From Spirochaetia bacterium (GTDB lineage Bacteria; Spirochaetota; Spirochaetia; SZUA-6; Bin103), in NCBI GenBank assembly GCA_965198005.1, contig CBDAOI010000004.1:832001-896000 (forward strand): a stretch of 64,000 nucleotides of DNA, in the 5' to 3' direction. The translations under genes and the position numbers were made by a program. The notes under the pieces are model-generated. The model had not been told where the DNA came from and made no database searches. It worked only from the letters and a program-made list of their open reading frames with translations. This document shows, in pieces, positions 10,412 to 20,249 of the stretch (position 1 is its first letter; the number at the start of each line of letters is the position of its first letter).

Positions 10412-11062
10412 TCACAGGAACGGGTTGGTGCGCCGCTCGACCGCCAGGGTCGTAGCGGGGCCGTGCCCCGGGACCACGTAGGCCTCGTGCGGCAGCTCGA
10501 ACAGCCGCTGCTTGATCGACCTGATCAGGGCGTAGGGGTCGCCGCCGGGCAGGTCGGTGCGGCCTACCGACTGGCGAAACAGGGTATCGCCCGCGAACAG
10601 CAGCGGCTCACCGGTGACCTCGGTGTAGAAACAGCATGATCCGGGAGAGTGTCCGGGAGTGTGGATGGTGGTCAGCAGCTTGTCCGTGCCCAGCTCCACC
10701 TCGTACCCCTCCTCGATGAACCGGTCCACCTCGCCCGGCGGCGCCACCGGCACGCCGAACAGCAGCCCCTGCTCCTGCAGCCGGCGATAGAGGTCCTCGT
10801 CGTCCCGGTGCAGCAGGATCGGTGCGCCTACCTGCCGCTTCACCTCGTTCGAGCCGCCGATGTGATCGAAGTGGGCATGGGTGTGCAGGAGCTGAGTCAC
10901 GACCAGGGTGCGCGCGCGCACCGCCGCCAGGAGCGCCTCCGGATCGTCCCCAGGGTCGATCACGATCGCCTGCCGGCTGCGGCGCCGGTACACCAGCGAG
11001 CAGTTGCAGCCGAGGCTGCCGACCGGGAACGTCTCCACCACCACCGGGTCGGAGTGTGCCAT
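10412..11062 (-). CDS. MBL-fold metallo-hydrolase (glyoxalase II/YcbL-like)
   Basis: THAHFDH, TPGHSPG, GDTLF, GRTDLPGG and PGHG motifs. Confidence 0.93.
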   Translation of the reverse strand: MAHSDPVVVETFPVGSLGCNCSLVYRRRSRQAIVIDPGDDPEALLAAVRARTLVVTQLLHTHAHFDHIGGSNEVKRQVGAPILLHRDDEDLYRRLQEQGLLFGVPVAPPGEVDRFIEEGYEVELGTDKLLTTIHTPGHSPGSCCFYTEVTGEPLLFAGDTLFRQSVGRTDLPGGDPYALIRSIKQRLFELPHEAYVVPGHGPATTLAVERRTNPFL

Positions 11063-11412
11063 GCCTCCAGCATATACCACCCGGCGCTCCGGTGCTGGCA
11101 GCGCTGGCAGCGCTTGATCCGTGCGCTACGGACCGGTCGCCGTCGGCGGCAAAGGTACGCGCCGCACGTGCGCTTGATCCGCAGGCTGCGGACCGATCAG
11201 AATCCGGTGCTCGTAATGCGAAGGATCAGGCGCTGTCGCATCTGCGTGCTCACGGGAGTGGCCGCCGTGCTCGCCACCGGCTTGGCCGCGGTGCTGCTGG
11301 CCCGCCTGCAGTGACGGCTCCCGGCGGCGCGCTGCCGGCGTCAGTTTCGTTGGCACCGTGCCAGCCGTGCCATGCAGCGCAACAAGGGCCGCGCGCCGGC
11401 GCAGGATGTCGC

Positions 11413-11467
11413 TTGACCCCTGCCGCTGCACATAGTTATCATAGTTTCGATTTTGATTAGTCAAAAT
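11413..11467 (+). promoter_or_regulatory. Sigma70-type promoter plus palindromic DtxR/TroR-type operator of the tro operon
   Basis: TTGACC-N18-TATCAT followed by the dyad ATTTTGA-TTAG-TCAAAAT (11450-11467) in an AT-rich patch before troA. Confidence 0.7.
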
Positions 11468-11479
11468 TAGGATTTCTGA

Positions 11480-12535
11480 ATGCGAAACATAAGCTGTTGC
11501 CGCTCCGGCATGCGGGCGGCGGTGCCGGCGATCACCCTGGCGGCGGCGCTCGTTGCCTGCGGTTCCGGCGGCGAGCGGGTGGCGACGGCCGCGGTTGCCG
11601 GCGGGGCCGGTGCGGCGGACGATACGGCCGCGCGCGACCATCCGTATCGCGTCACCGCCACCATCGGCATGGTTGCCGACATCGTGCGGCAGGTAGCCGG
11701 CGACCGGGGCCAAGTGACGTCGATCATCGGCGAGGGGGTCGATCCCCACCTCTACGTGCCGACCCGCAGCAACGTGGCTGCCCTGATTGAGGCGGACATC
11801 GTGTTCTATTCGGGCCTGCTGCTGGAGGGGAAGATGACCGATACGTTGATCAGGGTGGCGCGTAGCGGCCGGCCGGTGCATGCGGTCACCGAGTCGGTCG
11901 ACGAGTCCGCGCTGCTGGCCCCCGAAGAGTTCGCCGGCCACTTCGATCCCCACCTCTGGATGGACGTGTCCGGCTGGATGCAGGCGGTGCAGGCGGTGGC
12001 CGAGGCGCTTGCGGCCTTCGACCCCGCGGGGAAGAGCGGCTACGCCGAGCGCGCGGCGAGCTATGCCGTGACGCTCGCCGAGTTGCACGAGTACGCCCGG
12101 CGCGCGCTGGGCTCCATCCCCGAGCCGCAGCGCATCCTGGTAACTGCCCACGACGCGTTCAACTACTTCGGACGCGCCTACGGTCTGGAGGTGGCAGGGA
12201 TTCAGGGGATGTCGACCGAGTCGGAGGCGGGCCTGGACCGCATCAACCGGCTGGTGGAGCTGCTGGTCACGCGGCGAATCCGGGCGGTGTTCGTGGAGAC
12301 CACCATCGCCGAACGCAACGTGCGCGCCCTGATCGAGGGGGCGGCGGCGCGCGGCCACACGGTGGTGGTCGGGGGTGAGCTGTTCTCGGACGCGATGGGT
12401 CAGCCGGGCACCTACGAGGGGACCTACGTCGGCATGCTCGACCACAACGTCACCACGGTAGCGCGTGCCCTGGGCGGCGAGGCACCGGAACGGGGCTTTC
12501 AGGGGCTGCTGTCGCACGCGGTGGCTGCGCCATGA
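11480..12535 (+). CDS. troA: Mn/Zn/Fe ABC transporter substrate-binding lipoprotein (TroA-like)
   Basis: Lipobox LVAC, DPHLY, DPHLW, TAHDAFNYFG and LFSDA motifs. Confidence 0.9.
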   Translation: MRNISCCRSGMRAAVPAITLAAALVACGSGGERVATAAVAGGAGAADDTAARDHPYRVTATIGMVADIVRQVAGDRGQVTSIIGEGVDPHLYVPTRSNVAALIEADIVFYSGLLLEGKMTDTLIRVARSGRPVHAVTESVDESALLAPEEFAGHFDPHLWMDVSGWMQAVQAVAEALAAFDPAGKSGYAERAASYAVTLAELHEYARRALGSIPEPQRILVTAHDAFNYFGRAYGLEVAGIQGMSTESEAGLDRINRLVELLVTRRIRAVFVETTIAERNVRALIEGAAARGHTVVVGGELFSDAMGQPGTYEGTYVGMLDHNVTTVARALGGEAPERGFQGLLSHAVAAP

Positions 12536-13572
12536 GGCGCCGTTCGCCGGCACCGGCGGCGCTGCCGGTGCCGGACGGTCCCGGTGCGCTGGCTGCGACC
12601 GAAGGCGCGCGCCGCGCCGCCGGCCGGTATGGCGGCGACTCCGGCCGGGGTGAACGCGGCCCCGGACCAAGTGGCGACCCCGGCCGGGGTGAACGCGACT
12701 CCGGACCAGGTGGCGGCGGCGGCGACCACGACCGGCAGGCCGCGCCCGGTCCCGGCGCCGCCGGGGTCACGCCCGCGGCATCCGCGGTCGCCGACCCGGC
12801 GCGCAGCCCGCTGGTGGTGCGTGACCTCACCATTGCCTACCGCCGCCGGCCGGTGCTGTGGGACGTCGACCTGGCGGCCGGCGACGGGGTGATCACCGGC
12901 ATCGTCGGACCCAACGGCGCGGGCAAGAGCACGCTGCTGAAGGGGGTGCTCGATCTGGTGCCGCGCGTGTCCGGCTCGGTGACCATCTACGGCAAGCCCT
13001 ACCGGCAGCAACGGCGGCTGGTGGCCTACGTCCCGCAGCGGGAGAGCGTCGACTGGGACTACCCGGTAAGCGCCCTCGAGCTGGTGGCGATGGGCCTGTA
13101 CCGGTCGCTCGGCTGGCTGCGGCCCGTGCGCCGCGCCACGCGCGAGGCGGCGCGCGCGGCCATGGACCTGGTGGGCATGGCCGACTACGCGGGGCGCCAG
13201 ATCTCGGAGCTGTCCGGCGGCCAGCAGCAGCGGCTGTTCCTGGCCCGCGCGCTGGTCCAGGACGCACGCATCTACTTCATGGACGAACCGTTCGCCGGCG
13301 TGGACGCGGCCACCGAGCGCGCCATCGTCGAGCTGTTGCAGCGACTGCGGCGCGCGGGCAAGAGCGTGTTCGTGGTGCACCATGATCTGCAGACGGTCAG
13401 CAGCTACTTCGACGAGCTGCTGATGCTCAACCTGCGGGTGGTGGCGCACGGTCCGGTGGCGGAGGTATTCACGGGCGACAACCTGCAGAAGACCTACGGC
13501 GGCCGGCTGACCCTGCTCGACCAGGCGGTGGACGCGCTCGGCCGGCAGGCGGGCGCTCGGGGGGGCGGGTGA
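12532..13572 (+). CDS. troB: Metal ABC transporter ATP-binding protein (TroB-like) with a low-complexity N-terminal extension
   Basis: GPNGAGKS, LSGGQQQR, DEPF and VHHDL motifs. The start is uncertain. Confidence 0.9.
   Translation: MRRRSPAPAALPVPDGPGALAATEGARRAAGRYGGDSGRGERGPGPSGDPGRGERDSGPGGGGGDHDRQAAPGPGAAGVTPAASAVADPARSPLVVRDLTIAYRRRPVLWDVDLAAGDGVITGIVGPNGAGKSTLLKGVLDLVPRVSGSVTIYGKPYRQQRRLVAYVPQRESVDWDYPVSALELVAMGLYRSLGWLRPVRRATREAARAAMDLVGMADYAGRQISELSGGQQQRLFLARALVQDARIYFMDEPFAGVDAATERAIVELLQRLRRAGKSVFVVHHDLQTVSSYFDELLMLNLRVVAHGPVAEVFTGDNLQKTYGGRLTLLDQAVDALGRQAGARGGG
12634..12711. repeat. 39-bp tandem duplication (2 copies) in the troB 5' region
   Basis: GGCGAC(T/C)CCGGCCGGGGTGAACGCG..CCGGACCA.GT at 12634 and 12673. 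Confidence 0.8.
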
Positions 13573-14939
13573 GCTATCTGCCGCCGTGGGAGCAGGTGCT
13601 GCGCGTGCTGCTCCTGAGCGACTTCAACACCCGCGTGGTGGTGCTGGGCGTGGCGCTGCTGGGGATGGCGGCCGGCATCGTCGGCACCTTCACCCTGCTG
13701 CGCAAGCGCGCCCTGGTGTCGGACGCGGTGAGCCACGCCACGCTGCCCGGGATTGCCGTGGCGTGGCTGGTGATGGTGGCCCTCGGCGGCACCGGCAAGT
13801 GGTTCCCCGGCCTCCTGCTGGGGGCCGCCGCCGGCGGTCTGGCCGCGGTCGCCGCGGTGCTGGTGGTGCGGGCGGTGCTGCGGCTGCACGAGGACGCGGC
13901 GTTGGGGATCGTGCTGTCGGTGTCGTTCGGGATCGGGATCGCGCTGCTCGGGTTGATCCAGCAGATGCGGCGCGGCTCCGCCGCCGGGCTGGACTCTTTC
14001 ATCTACGGCAAGACCGCCTCCATGCTGGCTGCCGACGCCCTGTTGATCGGCATCACCTCGCTGGTGCTGGTGCTGGTCGCCGTAGTGCTGTTCAAGGAAC
14101 TGAACCTGCTGTGCTTCGACGCCGCCTACGCCGCCGCCCAGGGGTTGCCGGTGGGGCTCCTGGACGCGGCCATGCTGGGGCTGGTGGTAGCGGTCACCGT
14201 CGTCGGCCTGCAGGCGGTGGGGCTGATCCTGATCGTGGCCCTGCTGATCACCCCGGCCGCCGCGGCCCGGTTCTGGACCCACGATCTGCGGCTGATGACG
14301 CTGCTGGCGGCGCTGATCGGCGCTCTCGGCGGATTCATCGGCGCCGGCCTGTCCGCGCTGGTGCCGCGCCTGCCGGCCGGCGCCGTGATCGTGGTGACCA
14401 TCGCGGCCGGGTTCGTGCTCAGCGTCCTGTTCGGAACCCGCCGCGGCCTGCTGCGGCTGCTCCTCGAGCGCCGCCGCAGCGACCGGCGCATCCGCCGCGA
14501 GCACCTGCTGCGGGCGGTGTTCGAGCAGGTGGAGGGGCAGCTCGGCAGCACCCCGGACCGCGCCGCCCTGGCGGCGGAGGCCGTCAGCCGCGCCCACCTG
14601 GCGCAGCGCCGCGGCTGGACCCGGGCGGAGCTGGACGCCGCGCTGCGCACGGGTCGCCGCGAAGGCTGGCTGCTGCCGGCGCCGGCCCCCGGTACCGTGC
14701 GCCTGACCCCGGCCGGAGCGGAGCAGGCGCTGCGCATCGTGCGCAACCATCGCCTGTGGGAGCTGTACCTGATCCGCTATGCCGACGTCGCCACCAGCCG
14801 CGTGGACCGCGGCGCCGACCGCATCGAGCACGTGCTGGAGCCGGAGCTGGTCGCCGAGCTCGAGGCGCACCTGGAGCGGCAGCCGGATGCCGTCGCGGTG
14901 GCGCCCAGCCCGCACGCACTGGCCGCGGGTGCGCCATGA
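13569..14939 (+). CDS. troC: Metal ABC permease (TroC-like) fused to a C-terminal DtxR/MntR-like domain
   Basis: SDAVSHATLPG permease motif. The C-terminus reads LTPAG..ALRIVRNHRLWELYL...ADRIEHVL. Confidence 0.88.
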   Translation: MSYLPPWEQVLRVLLLSDFNTRVVVLGVALLGMAAGIVGTFTLLRKRALVSDAVSHATLPGIAVAWLVMVALGGTGKWFPGLLLGAAAGGLAAVAAVLVVRAVLRLHEDAALGIVLSVSFGIGIALLGLIQQMRRGSAAGLDSFIYGKTASMLAADALLIGITSLVLVLVAVVLFKELNLLCFDAAYAAAQGLPVGLLDAAMLGLVVAVTVVGLQAVGLILIVALLITPAAAARFWTHDLRLMTLLAALIGALGGFIGAGLSALVPRLPAGAVIVVTIAAGFVLSVLFGTRRGLLRLLLERRRSDRRIRREHLLRAVFEQVEGQLGSTPDRAALAAEAVSRAHLAQRRGWTRAELDAALRTGRREGWLLPAPAPGTVRLTPAGAEQALRIVRNHRLWELYLIRYADVATSRVDRGADRIEHVLEPELVAELEAHLERQPDAVAVAPSPHALAAGAP

Positions 14940-16288
14940 GCTGGACCGCGCTCGACACCGGCATCGTCGGGTTGGCCGCGGTCAGCGCCATGGCCTGCGC
15001 GCTGATCGGCAGCTTTCTGGTGCTGCGGCGCATGAGCATGATGGGCGACGCCATCAGCCACGCCGTGCTGCCCGGTATCGCCGTCGCCTTTCTCGTCACC
15101 CTGAGCCGCGACACCGGCGTGATCGTGGTGGGCGCGGCGGTCGCGGGAGTGCTCACGGCCGCCTGCACCCAGCTCATTCATCAAATGGGCAACGTCGACC
15201 GGGGCGCGGCGATGGGTGTGGTGTTCACCACCATGTTCGCCCTCGGCCTGATCCTGATCGTGCGTAGCGCCGACGCGGTCCACATCGACGTCCACACGGT
15301 GTTCTACGGCGCCGTCGAGCTGGCACCGCTCAACGAGGTGACGGTGGCGGGCGTGCGCATGCCGCGCGCCCTGCTGATCCTGGGCGCGGTATTCGCCGCC
15401 GACTTGGCGTTCGTGCTGCTGCTGTTCAAGGAGCTCAACCTGACCTCGTTCGACCCGGAGTTCGCCCGCGCCATCGGCTTCGACTCCCGCCTGCTGCACT
15501 ACGCGCTGATGGTGATGGTGGCGGTGACCATCGTGGCCGCGTTCGAGAGCGTCGGCAGCATCCTGGTGATCGCGATGCTGATCGTGCCCGGGGTGGTGGC
15601 CGGCCTGTTTGCCCGCCGGGTGTGGTCGCTGCTGCTGGTCGGCCAGGGGGTGGCGCTGGCCTGCGCCGTCGGCGGGCACGTCAGCGCTATTACCGTGCCG
15701 CGCTGGTTCGGGCTGTCCGACACCAGCACCGCCGGCATGATGACGGTGGTGGCGGGCGCGGTGGTGGCGTTGGCGCTGGTGGTCGCTCCGGAGCGCGGCC
15801 TGGCGGCGCGCGCGCTGCACCGCGGCCGGGTGGCGCTGGCCGTGGGACGCGAGGACCTGCTGGTGGAGCTGCTGCGGGTGGAGGAGCGCGGCGGTCCGGC
15901 GCCCGGCCGCCGCGCGCTGGTGCGGGAGGAGCCGTCGCGCATCGCCGGCCGCTCCAGCCGCTTCGACCGCAGCCTGGCGCTGCTGGTGGAACGGCTGCGC
16001 GGCCGCGTGCAGCGCACCGCCGCCGGCTACCGGCTCACCGCCGCCGGCCGTGGGCAGGCCACCGACCTGCTGCGCAGCCACCGGCTGTGGGAGAGCTACC
16101 TGTTTGCCGAGGGCGACCCAGCCGCCGAGGTGCACTTCGCCGCGCACCAGCTCGAGCACGTCACCTCGGCCGGCATGCGCGCCGACCTGGCCCGCACCGC
16201 GGGGGCCACCGACCCCCACGGCCGCCCCATCCCCGGCGCCGCCGCCGATCCGGCGACCCCCGACCGCGCCTCCGGCCGCGCCGACTAG
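14936..16288 (+). CDS. troD: Metal ABC permease (TroD-like) fused to a DtxR-like dimerisation domain
   Basis: GDAISHAVLPG permease motif. The C-terminus reads LTAAG..LRSHRLWESYL..AHQLEH..DPHGRPIP. The ATG overlaps the troC stop. Confidence 0.88.
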   Translation: MSWTALDTGIVGLAAVSAMACALIGSFLVLRRMSMMGDAISHAVLPGIAVAFLVTLSRDTGVIVVGAAVAGVLTAACTQLIHQMGNVDRGAAMGVVFTTMFALGLILIVRSADAVHIDVHTVFYGAVELAPLNEVTVAGVRMPRALLILGAVFAADLAFVLLLFKELNLTSFDPEFARAIGFDSRLLHYALMVMVAVTIVAAFESVGSILVIAMLIVPGVVAGLFARRVWSLLLVGQGVALACAVGGHVSAITVPRWFGLSDTSTAGMMTVVAGAVVALALVVAPERGLAARALHRGRVALAVGREDLLVELLRVEERGGPAPGRRALVREEPSRIAGRSSRFDRSLALLVERLRGRVQRTAAGYRLTAAGRGQATDLLRSHRLWESYLFAEGDPAAEVHFAAHQLEHVTSAGMRADLARTAGATDPHGRPIPGAAADPATPDRASGRAD

Positions 16289-16305
16289 CCCCGGAGCGGA
16301 GCCTG

Positions 16306-16480
16306 ATGGGTAGCACCGCCGCGAGCCCTCGCCCGGCAACCGCGCGCCGCTACCACGGACTGGATGGGTTGCGCGCGTTCGCCATGCTGGCCGGCGTCCT
16401 GCTGCACGCGACGCTGCCCTACTTCTCACGCATGGCGGGGATCGAGTTCATGTGGCCGGCCGACGATGACCAGTCACTCG
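16306..16480 (+). pseudogene. N-terminal fragment of an acyltransferase-3 (OpgC/MdoC-like) gene
   Basis: RRYHGLDGLRAFAMLAGVLLHA, truncated where the convergent znuA 3' end begins. Confidence 0.75.
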
Positions 16481-17549
16481 CTATCCGGCGCGGGCCAGGC
16501 ACTCCTTGAATGCTGCCGCCAGGTTGCGGAGCAGCGTGAAGTAGAGCTCGGGGCCATCCTCGATCGTCGCTCCGAGCGGGTCAATCGTGCCCGACCGGGC
16601 GGTCGTGCCTTCGGTGACGACGTCGATGATGCGCGCATCGAATTGCGGCTCGGCAAAGACGCACACACCGCCGAGCGCGCGCACCCGGTCGCGAATCTCG
16701 GCGATGCGCTGCACGCCCGGCGCCCGTTCCGGGTTGACGGTAATCGAGCCGGCCACGGTCAGGCGGAACCGGTCCTCGAAGTAACGACGCGTCATGCAGC
16801 ACGCCTGCGGCCGGTCGCGGACCGGGGCGCTCCGCGTCGAGCTCGGCCATCAACCTGTCGAGCCGGTCGATCAGAGCATCGGCGTTCGCCTCATAGGTCG
16901 CTACGTTCGCCGGGTCGGACTCGGAGAGCGCGTCCACGATTGCGTACACCATCAGCACCGCGTTTTCCGGATCGAGCCAGATGTGCAGATCGACCGCGCC
17001 GTGGTCGTGGTGATGCCCGTCTTCGTCGAGCTCGGCGTCATGCTCGTCGACCTCGTCATGGTCGTCCTGTTCGTCGTGATGGCCCTCCTCGTCATGGTCT
17101 TCGTCCTCGTGGTGATCGTCGTCCTCGTCGTGGTCCGCCCGCTCCTCGGCGTGGGCGTGCACCTCGAACGCCCCTCCCCGGCGCAATGGTTTGAGCGCGA
17201 TCCCTTCCGCGCCGGCCAACTGGACCACCAGCGCGTCGTCCCCGAGGTTGGCGATCGGACCGGCGAGCGCGACCTCCTTGTGTTCGTCGATCAGGAAGAT
17301 GACGCGGGCCTCGGCCAGCGCCGCGGCGTCGGACGGGCGCATGCTGAAGGTGTGCGGCGACTGGGCACCCCGAACGATCAGGTGCGGCTCGCCGGCGCCG
17401 GCCATCACCGCGCTCACCAGCGAGTGCACCGGCTTGATCGAGGCGACCACGTGGATACCCCCCGCGCCGACGTCCTCGCCGCCGCGGGCGAATGCCACCG
17501 TTGCGGCCAGGACCAATCCCACCGCTACCATATACAGCCGACTGGACAT
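16481..17549 (-). pseudogene. znuA: Zinc ABC substrate-binding protein with His/Asp-rich loop, frameshifted near 16790-16830
   Basis: VVASIKPVHSLV, SPH, a His-rich loop and HIWLDP. The C-terminus (YFEDRF..CVFAEPQF..IDPLG) is in another frame. Confidence 0.85.
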
Positions 17550-17655
17550 GAGTGCCCCCTGAACCTGGTTGAATCTGCTTGACCGCGTGCCGTGGCGACT
17601 GGTCGCGGAATTATGCAAAGGTCGTCCAGGAATGTACATTGGCCCGCATCCGGGG

Positions 17656-18348
17656 ATGACGCGACACAGCTCTGACGACCAACCGGAGTCCCACGCCGCC
17701 GCTGCGGGACCACTGGTCAGCGCGCGGGACATCGGCGTGCGGCGCGGCGAACGCTGGCTGATCCGGCACGTCGACCTGCAGGTGCCGCGCGGCGAGTTGG
17801 TCTACCTGATCGGTGCCAACGGCGCCGGCAAGTCGACCTGTGCGAAGTCGATCCTCGGCCTGATCGACGTCGACGAGGGGGCGATCGAGCGTGCGTCCGG
17901 ACTGGAGGTGGGCTACGTGCCGCAACGGCTGGCGGTGAGCCACACGCTGCCGCTGAGCCTGCGCCGGCTGATGAAGCTGACCGGCCGCTTCCCGGCGCGC
18001 GCCATCGACGCCGCGCTGGCGGCCGTCGGCCTGGAACGGCTCGGCGACCCGCCGGTCACTTCCCTGTCGGGCGGCGAGCTGCAACGCCTGCTGCTCGCCC
18101 GCGCGTTGATCCACCGGCCCGATCTGCTGGTGCTGGATGAACCGGCGCAGGGCGTCGACGTTGCCGGGGCACGCGTGCTGCACGAGTTGATCGACGGCAT
18201 CCGGGACGATCTCGGTTGCGGAGTGCTGCTGATCTCGCATGACCTGCAGATGGTGATGAACAGTGACAACGACGTCGTGGTTCTGGTGCCGCACGAGCAC
18301 GACGAGCCGGCCGCCGCCGCGCGTGACGTGGGGCCGGGGCAGGGCTGA
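17656..18348 (+). CDS. znuC: Zinc ABC transporter ATP-binding protein
   Basis: GANGAGKS, GYVPQR, LSGGELQR, DEPAQGVD and ISHDL motifs; divergent from znuA. The C-terminus looks shortened. Confidence 0.85.
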   Translation: MTRHSSDDQPESHAAAAGPLVSARDIGVRRGERWLIRHVDLQVPRGELVYLIGANGAGKSTCAKSILGLIDVDEGAIERASGLEVGYVPQRLAVSHTLPLSLRRLMKLTGRFPARAIDAALAAVGLERLGDPPVTSLSGGELQRLLLARALIHRPDLLVLDEPAQGVDVAGARVLHELIDGIRDDLGCGVLLISHDLQMVMNSDNDVVVLVPHEHDEPAAAARDVGPGQG

Positions 18349-18351
18349 GCG

Positions 18352-18983
18352 ATGCTGGACGATTTTCTGGTCCGCGCGCTGCTCGCCGGCATCGGGCTCG
18401 CGCTGGTCACCGGGCCGGCGGGCTGGCCACCGGCCTCGTCATCCTCGCGTTTTTTCCCACGATTCGGATCGACCTGCAGGCACTGCTGTTCGGCGACATT
18501 CTCGCCGTTTCGCGCACCGACCTGGCCCTGATCTGGGGCGGCGGCGCACTGGTGATGGCGCTGCTGGCGCGGATCTGGCGGCCGCTGCTGGCGGCCACCG
18601 TCAATGCCGACCTGGCCACCGTGGCCGGCCTGCGGCCGGAGCGGACGCGCCTGATGTTCGGGCTGCTGACCGCGACCGTGATCGCCGTGGCGATCAAGAT
18701 CGTCGGCATCCTGCTGATCGTGGCCCTGCTGGTGATCCCGCCCGCCACCGCGCGCCGCTTCGCCGCCAGCCCGGAGCAGATGGCTGCCCTGGCCGCCGCG
18801 GCCGGTGTCCTCGCCATCGCCGGCGGCCTGTTCGCCTCGGCCCGGCTCGACACCCCCTCCGGCCCGTCGATCGTCGTCGCCGCCCTGCTGCTGTTCGCCG
18901 TTACCCGCTTCCGCCGCCCGCGCCCGTCCGGGAGCCGAACACCACGCCGGCGGCTTCCTTGTGAACCCGGCGAAGCGCCATGA
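18352..18983 (+). pseudogene. znuB: Zinc ABC permease with internal deletion/frameshift near 18423
   Basis: MLDDFLVRALLAGIGLALVTGPAG jumps out of frame to LATGLVI..DLQALLFGDILAV..DTPSGPSIV. Confidence 0.85.
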
Positions 18984-19020
18984 GCGACCCTCCATCCATC
19001 CCCCTGAGTCCCCTGAGTAG

Positions 19021-19254
19021 CTATTTGCGCTCCGTGAGTCTGCGATATTCGTCGACCGTTATTTGGGCCGTAGCCAAGTTGTTACGAAGCACATGGTGCG
19101 ACACCTTTCGTGTGCCAACAGGGACTATTATCGGGCGACGTGCGCCTGCCTTTGTCATTTTAACATGCGATCCTTCTTGGCTGTGTCGCTCCCAACCATT
19201 CAACTCGAAGAATCTCAGTAGTTCTTCTGGTGTCGGCAGCCTCAGTCTAGGCAT
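19021..19254 (-). CDS. hicA: HicA-family mRNA interferase toxin
   Basis: 77 aa with GW...QEGSHVKM...IIVP, the HicA GSH motif. Confidence 0.85.
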   Translation of the reverse strand: MPRLRLPTPEELLRFFELNGWERHSQEGSHVKMTKAGARRPIIVPVGTRKVSHHVLRNNLATAQITVDEYRRLTERK

Positions 19255-19561
19255 TCGCCCCTTCTGGGGACTGCTGCAATACAACCGGACAACTCATCTC
19301 CATACCTCCATGTGGCTGTTCGTTGTTGTGTTCTGACAACGGCATCAAACCGCATTCCTTGAGAACGTCGTTTAGAGTTCCCATTTCGTAACAGGTAGAC
19401 AAGAAAATCTGGATTGCTTCGTTCAGATTGGTGGCGGCCTCTTCCTCCGTATGTCCCTGCGAACATACGTCAAGAGGGTTACAGTGCGACACATATAAGC
19501 CCGTCTCAGGGTCGTGCCATACTTTCTTTTCTATCTGGATCAATAATCCTGCAAACATCAA
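19247..19561 (-). CDS. hicB: HicB-family antitoxin
   Basis: YVSHCNPLDVCSQGHTEEEAATNLNEAI; overlaps the hicA start. Confidence 0.85.
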   Translation of the reverse strand: MMFAGLLIQIEKKVWHDPETGLYVSHCNPLDVCSQGHTEEEAATNLNEAIQIFLSTCYEMGTLNDVLKECGLMPLSEHNNEQPHGGMEMSCPVVLQQSPEGANA

Positions 19562-19613
19562 TACACCTCACCGTCACTCGGTGACGGTACTGATTCCGCC
19601 GTTAGTTGTCAAC

Positions 19614-19720
19614 GGCGGTGCCGCAGACGTGGTAGGCGAACGGGTGGCCGTGCTCGCGCTCCGCGTCGTAGTGGATGCCCGGGGTGGCGTAGTAGCCGTG
19701 GGCGGACAGCCGCTTGCGCA
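19614..19720 (-). repeat. Diverged copy of an internal xdhB segment (cf. about 23063-23170)
   Basis: Encodes RLSAHGYYATPGIHYDAEREHGHPFAYHV.GTAV, nearly identical in protein to the XdhB segment. Confidence 0.9.
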
Positions 19721-20027
19721 CCACCGTCAACGTCGACCTGGCCACCGTCGCCGGCCTGCGGCCGGAGTGGACGCGCCTGATGTTCGGGCTGCTGACCGCG
19801 ACCGTGATCGCCGTGGCGATCAAGATCGTCGGCATCCTGCTGATCGTGGCCCTGCTGGTGATCCCGCCCGCCACCGCGCGCCGCTTCGCCGCCAGCCCGG
19901 AGCAGATGGCTGCCCTGGCCGCCGCGGCCGGCGTCCTCGCCATCGCCGGCGGCCTGTTCGCCTCGGCTCGTCGTCGCCGCCCTGCTGCTGTTCGCCGTTA
20001 CCCGCTTCCGCCGCCCGCGCCCGTCCG
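19721..20027 (+). repeat. Second copy of the znuB 3' half (cf. about 18595-18930) with a deletion of about 29 bp
   Basis: Near-identical nucleotide sequence from CCACCGTCAA to CCCGTCCG. Confidence 0.92.
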
Positions 20028-20249
20028 CCAGCGGACGAGGGTAGTACGGCGTGCCGCGTAAGATTCGAGCGCTGATCGGTGGAAGTCAGGAGCTTCCCAC
20101 CGGGCGGGGCCCGGCGCAGTCATGTAAGAAACTGTTGTTTATTAGGAGTAGAATCGAGGAGTCGCAGGATGCTTATCCCCCGCATGAGAGTGCTTATGAA
20201 ACCGATGGAGTTGCCTTTCTCGACCCCGGGTAGCGACGAAGACGCCGGA

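Noticed and set aside
13586-14935. 5' part of the 900-aa ORF 13586-16288
   Set aside because: It is an off-frame overlap with troC; TroD starts at 14936.
17020-17160. Repetitive TCGTC/TGGTC tract
   Set aside because: It is explained by the His/Asp/Glu-rich loop of ZnuA.
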